A stretch of DNA of 64,000 nucleotides from Phoronis australis (lineage: Eukaryota; Animalia; Phoronida): the NCBI GenBank assembly GCA_002633005.1, contig NMRA01000221.1:498290-562289 (forward strand), read 5' to 3'. Positions 1-12,600 of the stretch are shown here, one piece after another (within the stretch, counting starts at the first letter, position 1; the number at the start of each line of letters is the position of its first letter). The notes under the pieces are model-generated. The model was not told the DNA's origin. It worked only from the letters and a program-made list of their open reading frames with translations, and did no database searches. The position numbers and the translations under genes were made by a program.

Positions 1-47
1 CAACCTGGAGTTCCTTTCCAATCCTTTCAGCGAATTACAATTATTAG

Positions 48-297
48 CATGCGCGCACCCAGGGGGGACTCGGGGGGCTCGAACAAGCCCTCCCATTTGG
101 CGAAGTGGGCAAAAGGGTCCGACCCCGAAACACAAAAAGTCCGAAAAAATGGGACAAAATTCCACTAAATAATCGCAAACGCGCGCTTCACAGTGGTGCT
201 TCGGTTTTTTTTTAGTCCTCCCGCTCTTTTGTTAGCAAAAGGTCCACAACAACAGGATTTCGAGCCCCCCCCATATAAAAGGCTGGGTGCGCGCATG
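48..297. mobile_element. MITE, 5-bp TSD class
   Basis: ATTAG|CATGCGCGCACCCA ... TGGGTGCGCGCATG|ATTAG. Confidence 0.85.
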
Positions 298-562
298 ATT
301 AGCACGTTTCATCTGAAATAGAGTTCTTTAAAGTATGCCTTCATAGCGTATTAGCGAAGGAATCATAAGTTTCCATGACTGAACTTTTCTTTTCCATCAA
401 AGTGAACTCGTATATTCAGCGATTCACATCTACTTTTACATTGATTTTATAAATCTGCGGCACCAAAAACGACTTTCTTTTATTCACAATAGAGGGCGGT
501 TAGGTCATATTGACCGTGGGCTGGGATGAGCGATGAGAGACACTGTAGAGGTGTTTTTGTAG

Positions 563-651
563 GTTGAAGTCCTGCTCAGAGACATCAAAGCATACGCCGA
601 TTATCCAGTGGGAATGCAAAGGAAAATAGCAGAGGTCGGACAATATAGAAA
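563..651 (+). CDS. CNBD2-like exon (first visible)
   Basis: tttttgtag|[29 protein letters not shown](K)|gtgagt, phase 0/2. Confidence 0.85.
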
Positions 652-3600
652 GTGAGTAGGACCTTTTGTAGTATGCCAGTAGGTGTTGTGTCGGCGTTTA
701 TAGCATTGGGGAGCCTTCATTTGCTTAAAAATATCGCAATCGGTGCAGTCTATTATACTCCGTCATGAAATTATTGTTTTGTGTTTATGGTCTAAAACTC
801 TATAATAAATTAACCCTTGTGTCGATCTCAGCTAGTGTCATCTCTGTGGCTGCGATACTGAGAAACAAAGGTTTTTCTTCAGAGCCTCGTAATAGTGGGC
901 TTTAAAAAATACTTTTTTTGTTTTCGTTAGTTCAGAACACAAAATGAGTTTGTAAAGCTTACGATATCACTAAAACAGGAACACCTGGTGAATAAAGCAG
1001 TTCGTGATCTGTGTTTTCTATATTCAGTTTTAAGCATACGAAAATGATCTGTGTCATTCATGTCCCTCGTTATTTGGTAGCGACCACCAAAGTTTGATAA
1101 GTTCAACTTCAAATTTTTTTCTGATTAAACCCTCCTCATTACGTAGATGTCTCCGACATATATCGTCGTAACAAAGACAATTTGTTTTAAATTCCGTTGA
1201 TGACATTTTAAATAAAAAAAATCTTCAGCGATTTTCGTTGTATGGAGTGCTGAATAAAACGACAATAGAAGTTAATAAAAAGTTAGTCGTACTCATTTCT
1301 ATGTAGCACTACATCGCAACAACTTACTTCGACATTTAGAAATATTTGAAGCGGCTGTAAAGCCACGTTCTGTCCAAGAATCGTACTTGTAATGATATCG
1401 CGTAATCCTTCTGTAACATTGGTGTCAGTCTGTCCTTTACTCAAGATGAACAGAGTCTTAGCGTCTTCCGGGTTCGCGAAGAACTGACAGTTCGCTATTC
1501 CTCGAAGACCACTGATGCTTTTTGGCACATAAAATGACACAAGCCAACTTGCTTGGTATTGTGTCTTAAGCAATAACGAACTGTCCGTTTCTCGTAGAGC
1601 TTATATTGTCTTTTGACGTTGGACTAAAAATCGGTCTTCAGATGTCGTAGCCTGTTTCACTAAATCGACTAAAAGTCACAAAATCTGTCTATAACTCGAA
1701 GCCAAAAGACAGAAAACAGTAACCTGCTTGGGAGCGGACTAAAAGCCGAGGACAAAGCACAAAAAACAAATTTTGATTAGAAACTCTTTGAGAAATAGGC
1801 TCCTGGTTTCACCTCCAGTTTGACAAAGGATCCATTTGCGACCAATTTCGTGTAAATTAATTAAGTCAAATCTCTATTTTTGTCATGGAAGGTGTGTCGT
1901 CTGCTTACATTGATGCGCGTTGTAACTGCAGGTACAACGCCAAGAGAGTGATCGTTCGAGAAGGCCACGTGGCCAACAATTTCTACTTCATTCTATCGGG
2001 TTCTGTGGTTGTGACGGTAATGGATGAGCACCGGAAGTATGCCAAGCCCGTCGCCTACCTTCATAGAGGAGACTCATTCGGGGTATGCTTTTGTATTTTC
2101 TAGGGTGATGGTCCAGACCATATCTATGTCCAAACCATCGTGTATTTGACTGCCTGTACTTTGCAGTACAGGTTAAGCAGTGTAACCGAAACGCCCTACA
2201 TTATTTACCTACGGGTTCATGGTCGGTTCCAACTTCCAGATCGCGTTTCTTTCGTTCACAATTCCTTCAGAGCTTTTGGGAAATTTTGTGCTTTTCTCTT
2301 CCAGGAGCTCGCCATCATCCACAACAAACGACGCCAGTCCACGGTGGTTGCTAAAGAAAAAGTTGAAATGCTGGCAATATGGTTTGAGGTATGCAAAATG
2401 CTAAAATCACCACCACCACGACGACGACACCACGACGACGACGACGACGACGACGACCACCACCACCACCACCACGACCACCACCATCACCAGCACCATT
2501 ATTTTTTGTTTGTTTTTGTCGTTTGCTTCTGTATCTGCCAAACCAGGCTGATTATTATAATGAAAATTGGCAGATGTGTTCCTACTGACAAGAGCATGAC
2601 TGGCGCAGTTTTTCAGACGGACCTAATTATTGTGGTCCCCCCTAGTGACATTTTTTCACATCTACATTTTTAGGTCTATCTGCTACACCCCTTGCAACAC
2701 GATTTTGCAATTGCATAACTATTACCTTGACAGCGGATGGATGGATTCGACTACCACCGTAGTTCCCAGTGGCAGTTTTTTACGGTTGCCTTTGTATGTT
2801 TGGAGTTTTTTGGCATGTTCTCAATATTTGGCAAATAACTTCAAGAGGCCACGACACCTTCGCATTTTTGGATGGGTTCAATGTATCCCGAGTCATCTAG
2901 TGGCCATTTTTATGATACAAATAAACACCTCTAGAAGCACACCGTTTGCGGTGCAGTCGCGGGTGCATTTCAACGCTCCGGTTGCTCTTGTCAAAATGAT
3001 TTGCATCGTCATTGTCATCATCGTAGATCATCATCACTATCATCACCAACACAACGGACCACTGTCATTTTCACTGCCTCCCCAAACATCGTCCATCACA
3101 TTTAGCTAAACCTCTTGACTGGTCTTTTACACGGTTGAAATACAAGTTTTCCAGCTACCAATAAAAATTAGAACGTTTCGTTACGTCATTCTCAGTCACA
3201 CAATTTTTTAAATTGTTTTAAAAAGCTGAACTAGATGAGATAACGAAACACGTTTGGCTCATTTTTGAAAGCACTCGTTTTTTGTTTGCTTTCAGGACTA
3301 TCTAGACATCTTTATGGCGGGGGGTGTTAAAAACATTTACGATCCGGATCACAATAGCTTCATTACAAGCGTATCAATTCTGAGGGACTGGCCTCTCAAG
3401 CTTCTAGAGGAGAATGAGAGCAAGTTTGTCTTCCATTTTTACAAGTAAGTTCTTGTTTAATTTTACTAATTCTTTCCTGATTTTAGGGATAAACATACTG
3501 ATAGTCCTAGTATGTTGAAGATCAGGACTTGAATAACGAGCTGCAGGTCGATTTTGTGACCTGAAATTTTAGGTGATATTTTGGCCTAACCCCACTAGTC

Positions 3601-6600
3601 ATAAGAATGGCAATTGGGAATTCTAACTCATGCGAGCTGGGCTTTTTATTACGCTTTTCTCCATTATCGACAAAAATAAAGGCAACTCGTTTGAATATTT
3701 CGCGAGCTGGAAATTGTGAATAACGCTTTGCTTCTCAGTATGCGACGTCGTATTTTGGCCAGGTCGCAAGTGACGACTTGGCGAGTTTCAAAGCATCGAG
3801 GGCTGATAACTGTTTGCATTTGCTACGTACTGGTGTCTAACCCCCAAGGCTGGGTTGCCGAAACTATAAATGTTTTTTTTGCCGATGAGTTTGATTGTTG
3901 AGATGATATGCGCAGCGGCAAAAGCACGTGACACCCGATGGCGCGCGGTTACTTTTGATACCCAGACTAACCGTGTCCAGGAGATCAATGCTGTTAAGGT
4001 TACGCTATCCCTAACCAGCCCATAACTGACCCAGAGGGATGACATACAGTTCAGAAACCTTGTATAATAAACAATTACATGTACCAACTAAGTTATCATT
4101 GATGTCTGATAAACCATATCAGACCACCCTGATAAGGAGTTCTTGTGCGACACGTGATAAACGAAAACTTCCAGTCTAGCAGCCATTACACAAAAAAAAT
4201 GCACTGGGAAACGTTGAGAAACGTTGAGGTACTTCGGATCGGTATTCATCAAATGAGGCTCCGTTTTGACGTACTTGGCACTAAAGTAACTACGCTAGTC
4301 GTGTAATTTCGGGGTCCACAAACTATTCCCGGGACCTTTTTGTGTGTTTTTTGAAGTACAGTTTTATAGACACAGGATCTATGTGACTGCGAGCTAAGTC
4401 TATCATCAAGAGTCAATTGCAAAAAGATTCTAGCCGTCGGTTGGTAGTTTTACGAGACGTGGTAAGGGTTTGTTAGCCAGTGAAATGGACGTCGCAAACA
4501 CGGCTTGTCCTGTGGGGACCACTAAGGATGATTTGGACAGAAACTCAACTCGTTTGTCACGACTATTGTCGACAGTTAAAGAATCGTTTGTTCCAGTTGA
4601 GGCCGATGTTGAAGGTACGTGTATTCATGCTTTAGCAGTAAATTTTCTTTAACAAAGTCTTTCACTGGATTTGTTTTAATTAAATTATAATGGTTAGATG
4701 GCATCTCGGTGCCACTGAAGCAAAATGTCTGAGTGGAATACACACAGCATGATCAGGCCAACTTTAAACGCTATTCGTTATTCATTCATTTATGTGTGCG
4801 TGATGAGATGTCGAAGGCCAGTGATAATACTTTTAACGGTTTAGTACCCGAAATGCTCTTCGAAATGTTAATTTAGTCGATCTAAGACTATTTTTCTTAT
4901 TTTCATAAAATAGGCAGCATCCCTGAATGGTTGGAGGGAGAGTTGGTTCGAGTTGGGCCTGGAATGTTCGAGATCAACGGACACAAATTAAACCACTTAT
5001 TAGACGGGATGTCTATACTTCATAAGTTCTCCATAAACAATGGACGAGTTACTTACCAAAGCAAGTAAGTTTGGTGGAGTATTTAGGGAGTTTAGTTTAC
5101 AGCCCTGTCCAGTACAAGTAATTCTGTCGATTTGACCTAGCAGCGCTCGACGCTTACATGTATATAGCTAAACGCCAATTCGCATTTGGCGACCTGGCAA
5201 AACTCTCAGGTCACCAAATGAAATCTGAGGTGGCCAAAGTTGAAAACAAAATTATCGGCACCGACAAATTAGGTTTCCAGGTTATTGGGCGTAACTTTTT
5301 CTGAACAAAAAATACCACCGCATGGTTTGGTGCCGCGAATTTCTCCGATCTTGCACGATTTTTGCCGAATAATTCCGACTTCTGTCTGTTTATACTTCCT
5401 GTTGTAATTTAAACGTATCAAATAAACACAGAAAAATCAGGAACCCCAACTGGGATTCGAACCACAGGTCTCTAGATTGCCGGTCTAGTGCTCTTACCAC
5501 TGAGCTACTGAGGACTAGATCGGCAATCTAGAGACCGGTGGTTCGATTCTCAGTTAGGGTTCCTGATTTTTCTGTGTTTATTTGATATATTTCACTACTG
5601 GCCAACCTCAGCGTCTATGTTTTTTACTAATTTAAACGTGGTGGCTAATGCGTTCAATTCACGAAATAAACGAAACGATTGTGAATAAAAGGTAATATAT
5701 CTAGAAACACTATTAGTAATTTCAAGTTTCGAAGTCAACATGAACTTTGAAACGAATTGGAGGGAAATATTGTCTGTCTTTGATTCTCGCAGTGGTGACC
5801 TCGTGGCGACTTGGGAATTTTTCCAAGGTCGCCAAACACTGAGGTCGCATTGTCGCCAAACAAAGCGCTGCCTGGAAACAAATCATGTTTACAGGTAATC
5901 ATTTTCTAATTTTTTTCGATGACTCAAGGCTTTGCTTTACCACGTACGCAGTGATAGTTAGGTCATCATTCGCAAAACAAATCATGTTAGCGGCAGTGAA
6001 TCTTGCCTTTGATGCTTGCAATCGGTGACATGAATTCGGTTCATGGTTTTTCCACGTGTATTTTGATTTAGGAACATGAACGAACCAAAGATGGCGCTTT
6101 GGTACTGGGCTTCAAAAAGCACAGCAACTCTGATTTCGCTAGATCAATGTATACATGTACGATCGAAAACCGCTCTCCATGCCCATCATGATGGACTCGT
6201 GACCCTAGGTAATAGAACAGTGTCAGTCGCCGAGTACACGATAGCGAGGACTGAGACAAACAGCGACTATATAGCTGTTAGTGCGACGTCTGATCGTCCA
6301 AGGACTTCTCTGGCGCGGATCCACAGGATTTTGTGTTGGGGGGGGGGGGGNNNNNNNNNNNNNNNNNGCAGGCAGAGTATTTGCCAGGATAATGCCCGTC
6401 AGACATTCGTGCCCCTAAACTGCCAAATGGAATCTGGGAGAATTTTAGAGGGGTCCATGGATCCCTTGCGTCCCTCCCTAAATCCGCCACTGCTTTCTCG
6501 GACTTCTCACTCACCGCTAAATATTTTAGTTGAGCCTGAAGTATCTTTGGTAGCGGATCCTGATAAAATCGTCTGAACGAATGCTTTTATTTTTCTGAAA

Positions 6601-9600
6601 CAGAAAGGAAAACTAGACTTCACAAGGCAAACTTGCCGCAATTCACAAAATTTCACACTCAATATGTCAATGGCAGTGGTAACTGGTAATCGGTTCGTCT
6701 CCAATTTCTCTCACAGCTAACCGAGGGTCAGTCTTCGCCTTCACTAAAAACAGATTTTTCTACTTACACTTTGGATTTTTTGACGCTTGAGAGATTGACC
6801 ATAAAATACATGATACAAGATAACGTAGGGCCTATGCGTTGCCCAATCTGTTGTGAGCGAGCTGGCGGAGTCCTGGTTAAAAGCAATTATACCTTAATGT
6901 TGCACTCAAATCAGATAGTCATATCTCTCCAAAAATATCTTCAGTTCTGTCTGCCCCACTTAGGAAAGTCGTATTGGAGAAATCTTTCGTCAATTATCTG
7001 GAAAAAAAGTTATTGTTTACGTATGTAGTCACTATATACCCTGCAACACAATCGTGCAACTTGTCTTGAACACCATCGCGCAAGTGATGTTGAAACAATG
7101 TCGCAACTGGTTGCACGATTGTGCTCAAACACAGTGGCGCAACTTGTCTTTGAACGCAATCGCGCAACTTCCCTTGAACACCATCGCAGAACTTGGCTTG
7201 AATATCTCCTATGGTACTATCGTTAGTGAGGCGGGATGCGCCGCTCAGACGGTTGAAGACTGAATTGACCGTCTTTCTTGCAGGTATTTACGGGGAGACA
7301 ACTTCAAAAGTAACATGGCAAAGCAACGTATAGTGGTGTCAGAATTTGGAACAGTGGCAGCTCCCGATCCATGTGATAGTATTTTCAAAAGGTACTGTTG
7401 CTGTGCTTGTTTAAATGTCATTAAACAAATGGCTGCCAAATTACTACTTAAATCCAGTTTCTAGTGATTTCAGCACCAAAATTTGTGTTAACAATATTAC
7501 AGAAGAATATCAAAGTAATTATGCTTCTTTCTCAGATCCCCGATTTTACTAATGCCCGTGAAGAGTCATTTGCTGTTAAAAATAGGTCAAGAATCTTATT
7601 GTGCATGTTTCGTCAGTATACGCACATTCATGCGTAGTAATGAGAGATTTTTTATAATATCATCCTAAAGCGCACCATTTCCCAAAAGGTAACTCCCGGT
7701 TGCAACTTTTGATGTTTTCTAAATTTTTCGTTTACAAACGTTGCAGGTTCGTTGCGAAATTCCATTTGCCGAAACCGGGTGACAATTGCAACGTAAACAT
7801 TTTACCGTTTCAAAACGACGAGTGTTACGCTGTCACGGAAACACAATTTCTTCGGAAATTCGACCCCAATTCCTTAGATGCTCAGGAAAAGGTAATGGTA
7901 TTAAAACCTGGATTTTGTTCCGTAGATTCGACTGAACCTCGCGTAAGACTTCGCGAGGTGTCCTCATGTGTTGCAAGCGAAGCACGTGATCACACTCGCT
8001 TCCTTCGCGAGGTTCTTGCGTCTACGGAACTCGGCCCTGTTTGATGTTGAACGATAATGACCTTGCAGGGGAAATATTTTCTGTTGCAAATGCTTGTTAT
8101 GGGGAGTCACTGGGCTACTTTTTGGGTAGAGGTGAAAGTGAAATTATTAGATTTGTTCTGGGGACTCGGGGCAAACGAAGAAAGGGTCCTAAGACTAAAC
8201 ATGTTTACTTAATGTTGACAATATCCCTGTTGGAGCATATACTGAGTGTTGATACTTGTTTGGAGACTGCAAACTTCTCTCAAGACAAACGTTGTGACTA
8301 ATTACAAATAGGAAGGCCATGAGCTTGTATAAGTTGCTTGGTGCAATGTGCCCAGCCCTTACTTGTATGACGTCTGCGGACGTCAAAGATACGCAATGTC
8401 TCACTCACACCGGGCGTTGTGTAGCTTATAATCTTATTTTTAGTATTGAGCATAGATTTGAATACTAATCACTACTATCACCTCGCCTATACTGTATACT
8501 TAAATATTTTTTGTCTGTAGATTGATTTAAAAGAACTCGTGTCTGTGAATCTAGCCACGGCTCACCCTCATTTCGACGTGGACGGCACCATGTATAATAT
8601 CGGAAGCGCGTTCTCTGGTAAACCGACTTACTGCGTCATCAAAGTACCACCGACGAGCAAACCGGAAAATGGTGAGCACCTAATGTTAACACGCCATGGT
8701 ACACACCATGAATCATAGTTACTCAATCTATTGTTCTAACAATACACGCACTTAAAATTCGTATTCTCTACTCTAGGAAACATTATGTCGTCTATTAGCT
8801 GCAAAAAGTTACCTGGGATTTGATATCATGGCCTTTTACATTGAAAACTCCGCTGAAACATCAAGAATTCAACATATAGTGAAAAGTTTCCTTTTGCTAC
8901 AGTCATACTAGTCGATATTGGTATATAAATGTGGTTCAGTTACCTGACTCGTAGTTGATAAAGAAATTGTTCAATCACCTTTACAGTTACAAAAAACGGT
9001 TGGAAAAATATCATTTTCTGCCGTATTGCTCCTCGCTACAGAAATTTTTCTGCACGTTCAATGAATCCTACAAAACTTCTCTGAATGGAAAAGCGTCAGC
9101 TGTTTTTTTTTGCAGCAAGGCAGAAATAAGAATAGCTGTCAGAGAGTGTCACTCATGAATGCCACTCATCCAGCGTTGACTGCCTCTTTCTGTTGTTTTA
9201 GCTGCTGTAGGCCTAGTTGCTGTTATAATGCCTACACTTTATGTTTCAAAAGTTCATGTACTATATTTATAGGCGAGTCCGCTAGTGCGTTTAACCAAGC
9301 TTCAGTTCTGGCTAAAGTCCCTGGTCAGTTCAAAGCGTATCCCTGTTACATGCACAGCTTCGCCATGACACAGAACTTCATCGTCTTAATGGAGCAGCCG
9401 TTTTACATGAACGTGTTGAAAATGTTGAAGAACCAACTGCTTGGGTTTCCGGCGGTGGACTGTTTCGAATTCTCGAACGAGTATAAAGTACGTGTGACTG
9501 CATTCAGTGACTCATGCAATTTTCATCTGATCCAGCAATTCCGTGTCAGGCAGTTGTTGGTCCTATAGACCCTATTCACGCCGACAGGAGGCGAGTTCCA

Positions 9601-12600
9601 AAACGAGGCTCGCTACGATAGCTGTATTCCGCGTTGCTTGGCGAACGGCTAGGAAAAATACTGACATTCAGCTGTCTGTTTTACAATCTCCGACTAAGGA
9701 CGCTGAGATGCGGAAGCGACGAAAGAGAATATGTCCGTGTAAAGTTAATGTTTTCGAAAAGTTAGATGATATTTGATAGCATCTCGTTGCCGAGTAATGA
9801 CGACTGGAGAATCTTTGGCCGGCCAGGCTCAGTGTGTTTTCATGATGCATTTTTCTTTCCAAAAAGGACAGGGCCCTCAATCCCTAGATTTTGGGGCCGA
9901 ATATCGACTCTATTCCCTCTACAAAATATTAAAAATCACGCGAAAGTCCCCCACGAGGCCTAAAAAAGTGATTGGAAAATTGTCTTCGAAGTTCAAATCA
10001 TCTGGAGTGTTCGGAACCACACAGGTGACAATTTAAGGGAAAGCGCACAAAATGCTATTTGAGATATAGCCTATGAGAGCTTACAACAGGGCGGGGGTCT
10101 TATTGATGGTGATCGGGAGCTAGATTTTTCCCGTCACTCGGCGAAAAAATCCCCCTCTTGAAGGCACAGGCATCTTTCCCCTCGCGGGAATGAACGAACG
10201 AGGCCCCTGAAGAAACATGATAACTATACTCGTTCTGTCCAGTTAGCTGAAATTGAGCTCTAAAACGAGGTTATGCTTTAGACGAACGAATTAGGTACGT
10301 GTTTTAATTTTAAAATTCAACTTGGTACAGATTAATATTTAAATCCTAACACATGCAATAGACGCAAGAACTATTAAAACCAATAAAGCAGAATTGATGG
10401 TCAAATAATTTTTATTTTCAATTACGAGCCAGGTTTTTAATTTTAATGAGATATATTTAATAACATCAATTAGTCTTTCAGATCAATGACAAATCAATTG
10501 TTAGTCCCGGTAGACCCTACCTCACCAGGACCTAGCTATGCTATCTGATGCTTGATGTTAATACTCGTGAGTAACAAATTAAATCAGATGTACATGAGAG
10601 CAAAATGCTGTCGAATATTTCATCAACTCGTCATCAATAAGAGCAGACGAACTGGTTCGTGTAGAAATTAGCATTTTTATCAACAATTTACGAGAAGAAA
10701 CGTAACCCTGCATTCAGCATAATAACTAACCGTAACACGTCGTATTTACTTTTCATGTTTTGAACCTAGTTTTCCGAAAAAAAGCTTATACCCTTTAGTC
10801 AGTCAACCCTTTGGTGCATTTACTTGTTCTCGGCTAATGTATTTCTTTACGTCTCTGTGGTTAATTATTGACACATTTTTAAGATTTAATATCCAGGTTG
10901 GACTCACGCAATGTCAACTTCGGCTTTGTTTATCGCAGTGAGCCTCGCTTTGGATTTTAATGTCTGTCGCGTGAATAGAGTCTATGCGATTCAAAGATCT
11001 ACGTTATTTACGAACGGCGTTCGAGTGCTTTCGTAGGAGGATATCACGTACTGGGTTTTGAAGGGCTGCATCGGGGTAGGATGGGCACGCGGTTATTATA
11101 CATTATTAATTAATAGTAATTAGTGTTCAAAATAAGTTGAATCGGGCGACCAGGACTTTGAAAATGATTTTCGTCTTGTTCTTTTTAGACGAAAATCCAC
11201 GTGGTCCGAAAATGCACGGGAGAGGTGTTGGAGCAACAGTATACGTCACCTGCACAGATCGTGCTCCACCATATTAATGCTTATGAAGACGGCAACCATG
11301 TCGTCATGGACTTCATAGACATTGAAGATGCCTCAGTGTTTGGTAATGCAACATTAGACGAGTTCAGGAGAACTGGCGGTGACGTCATGAGGGGAGTGGC
11401 TAAGCGACTCGTATTTCCAGTGACAATTCCACAGGTACATGTTCAACATATAGAGGCCCATCATGTTAACGTTTGCTAAATCAGACAAGGAAGTATCAAC
11501 TCTTTAACGCGATCGCTTAGCTGATCACTTATAGTGTGACAAACCTCCTGTGCCATCTGTTGCCATGTAGAGAAATGCACTTGCAAAAGTCGTGTGACCT
11601 GCTCCTCATTAACTAATCGCGCAATAGTGTTTGGATTCCGTGACATTAGTTTCAAATTCGTCGTTTAGGTCTGACGATGAATTCAACTTTTAAATTTTTG
11701 TAATTTGAAAATTGTTCAATGCTATTGGTTCAAGAGTACCAGAATAACTCAACATGTGGTTCGAAAAACAGTGTCCTTTGCTTTACGTATAAAAAACACA
11801 GGAATTGTGGTTTAGAAACTTGAATGTAAACTTGCAATTCGTTAGAGTAACTTTAAACGTATAAGTTGGCAGCGATCCTTCTTTCAAACAAGTCTCAATG
11901 AACACAAGGCTTGACTTAAAATTTTCCACTTTTATAGCCACCAGAGTTTTTCATGTTGTTGCACTGTCTGTCTATGGTCAGGGGTCGCAACAAGTATCCC
12001 CAACACATCATGAAAACGAGGCAAACAATCCGTGATAAAACACAGATATTTTCTACTGGAGCGTATTTATGCGGCACTTCAATCATCATCCTAGCATACG
12101 TCACAATCGGGACCGTCTCTAAAACAACTGTCAACTGTCAAATGCACCTAAAACACAACGACACCTCAAACAGAATCTTCATCAGTGCTTTGTTTTTCTG
12201 TATATTTACGGACTGCCAAACTTACGTTTAATACGTACGAGTTTGTTTCTTAATTACTGCTTTTTTCGCCAGGATGCCCGTGCAGGTGAAAATTTGGTGT
12301 CTCTGAAAACTAGTGCATCGGCCATATTACAAGAAGACGGTTCTGTTCATTGCGAGAGTGAAACACTAAGCCGAAGTAAGCCTTTCCTAAAATTAGAACT
12401 AAATTACTTATACTTATCGCTTTGACTAATTTGTCTTATTTTAAACGTAGTGTTCACTTCATTTATCTTGCATGGAAAGTGAAGCGTATTTTTAGCTCCG
12501 TAATTTTGGCTCCCATAGTCACTACATGTCTCGTTATCGCTGTGCCCTAGATTTTGATCTGCCAACCATCAACATGAAGTACAGCGGCAAGAAATACCGT

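Noticed and set aside
1283-1573. 96-aa minus-strand ORF inside a CNBD2-like intron (second nested gene?)
   Set aside because: Non-ATG start, no recognisable motif or splice partners; the flanks look like an old TTAA-type element.
2389-2673. Poly-Asp/poly-His or poly-Thr/Arg/Pro ORFs (2140-2673, 2391-2588) suggesting a metal-binding tail
   Set aside because: They arise from a CAC/GAC microsatellite 20 nt past a strong donor (GAG|gtatgc at 2388); the CNB domain continues correctly at exon 3296.
5440-5515. Possible genuine tRNA gene (GGC anticodon position)
   Set aside because: The anticodon loop lacks U33, the acceptor stem is imperfect, it continues into a shared non-tRNA tail and it is flanked by a TSD, so it is SINE-derived.
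6076-6576. 166-aa ORF in oxygenase intron 2
   Set aside because: It runs through a MITE and an N gap, has no domain similarity, and the oxygenase is complete without it.
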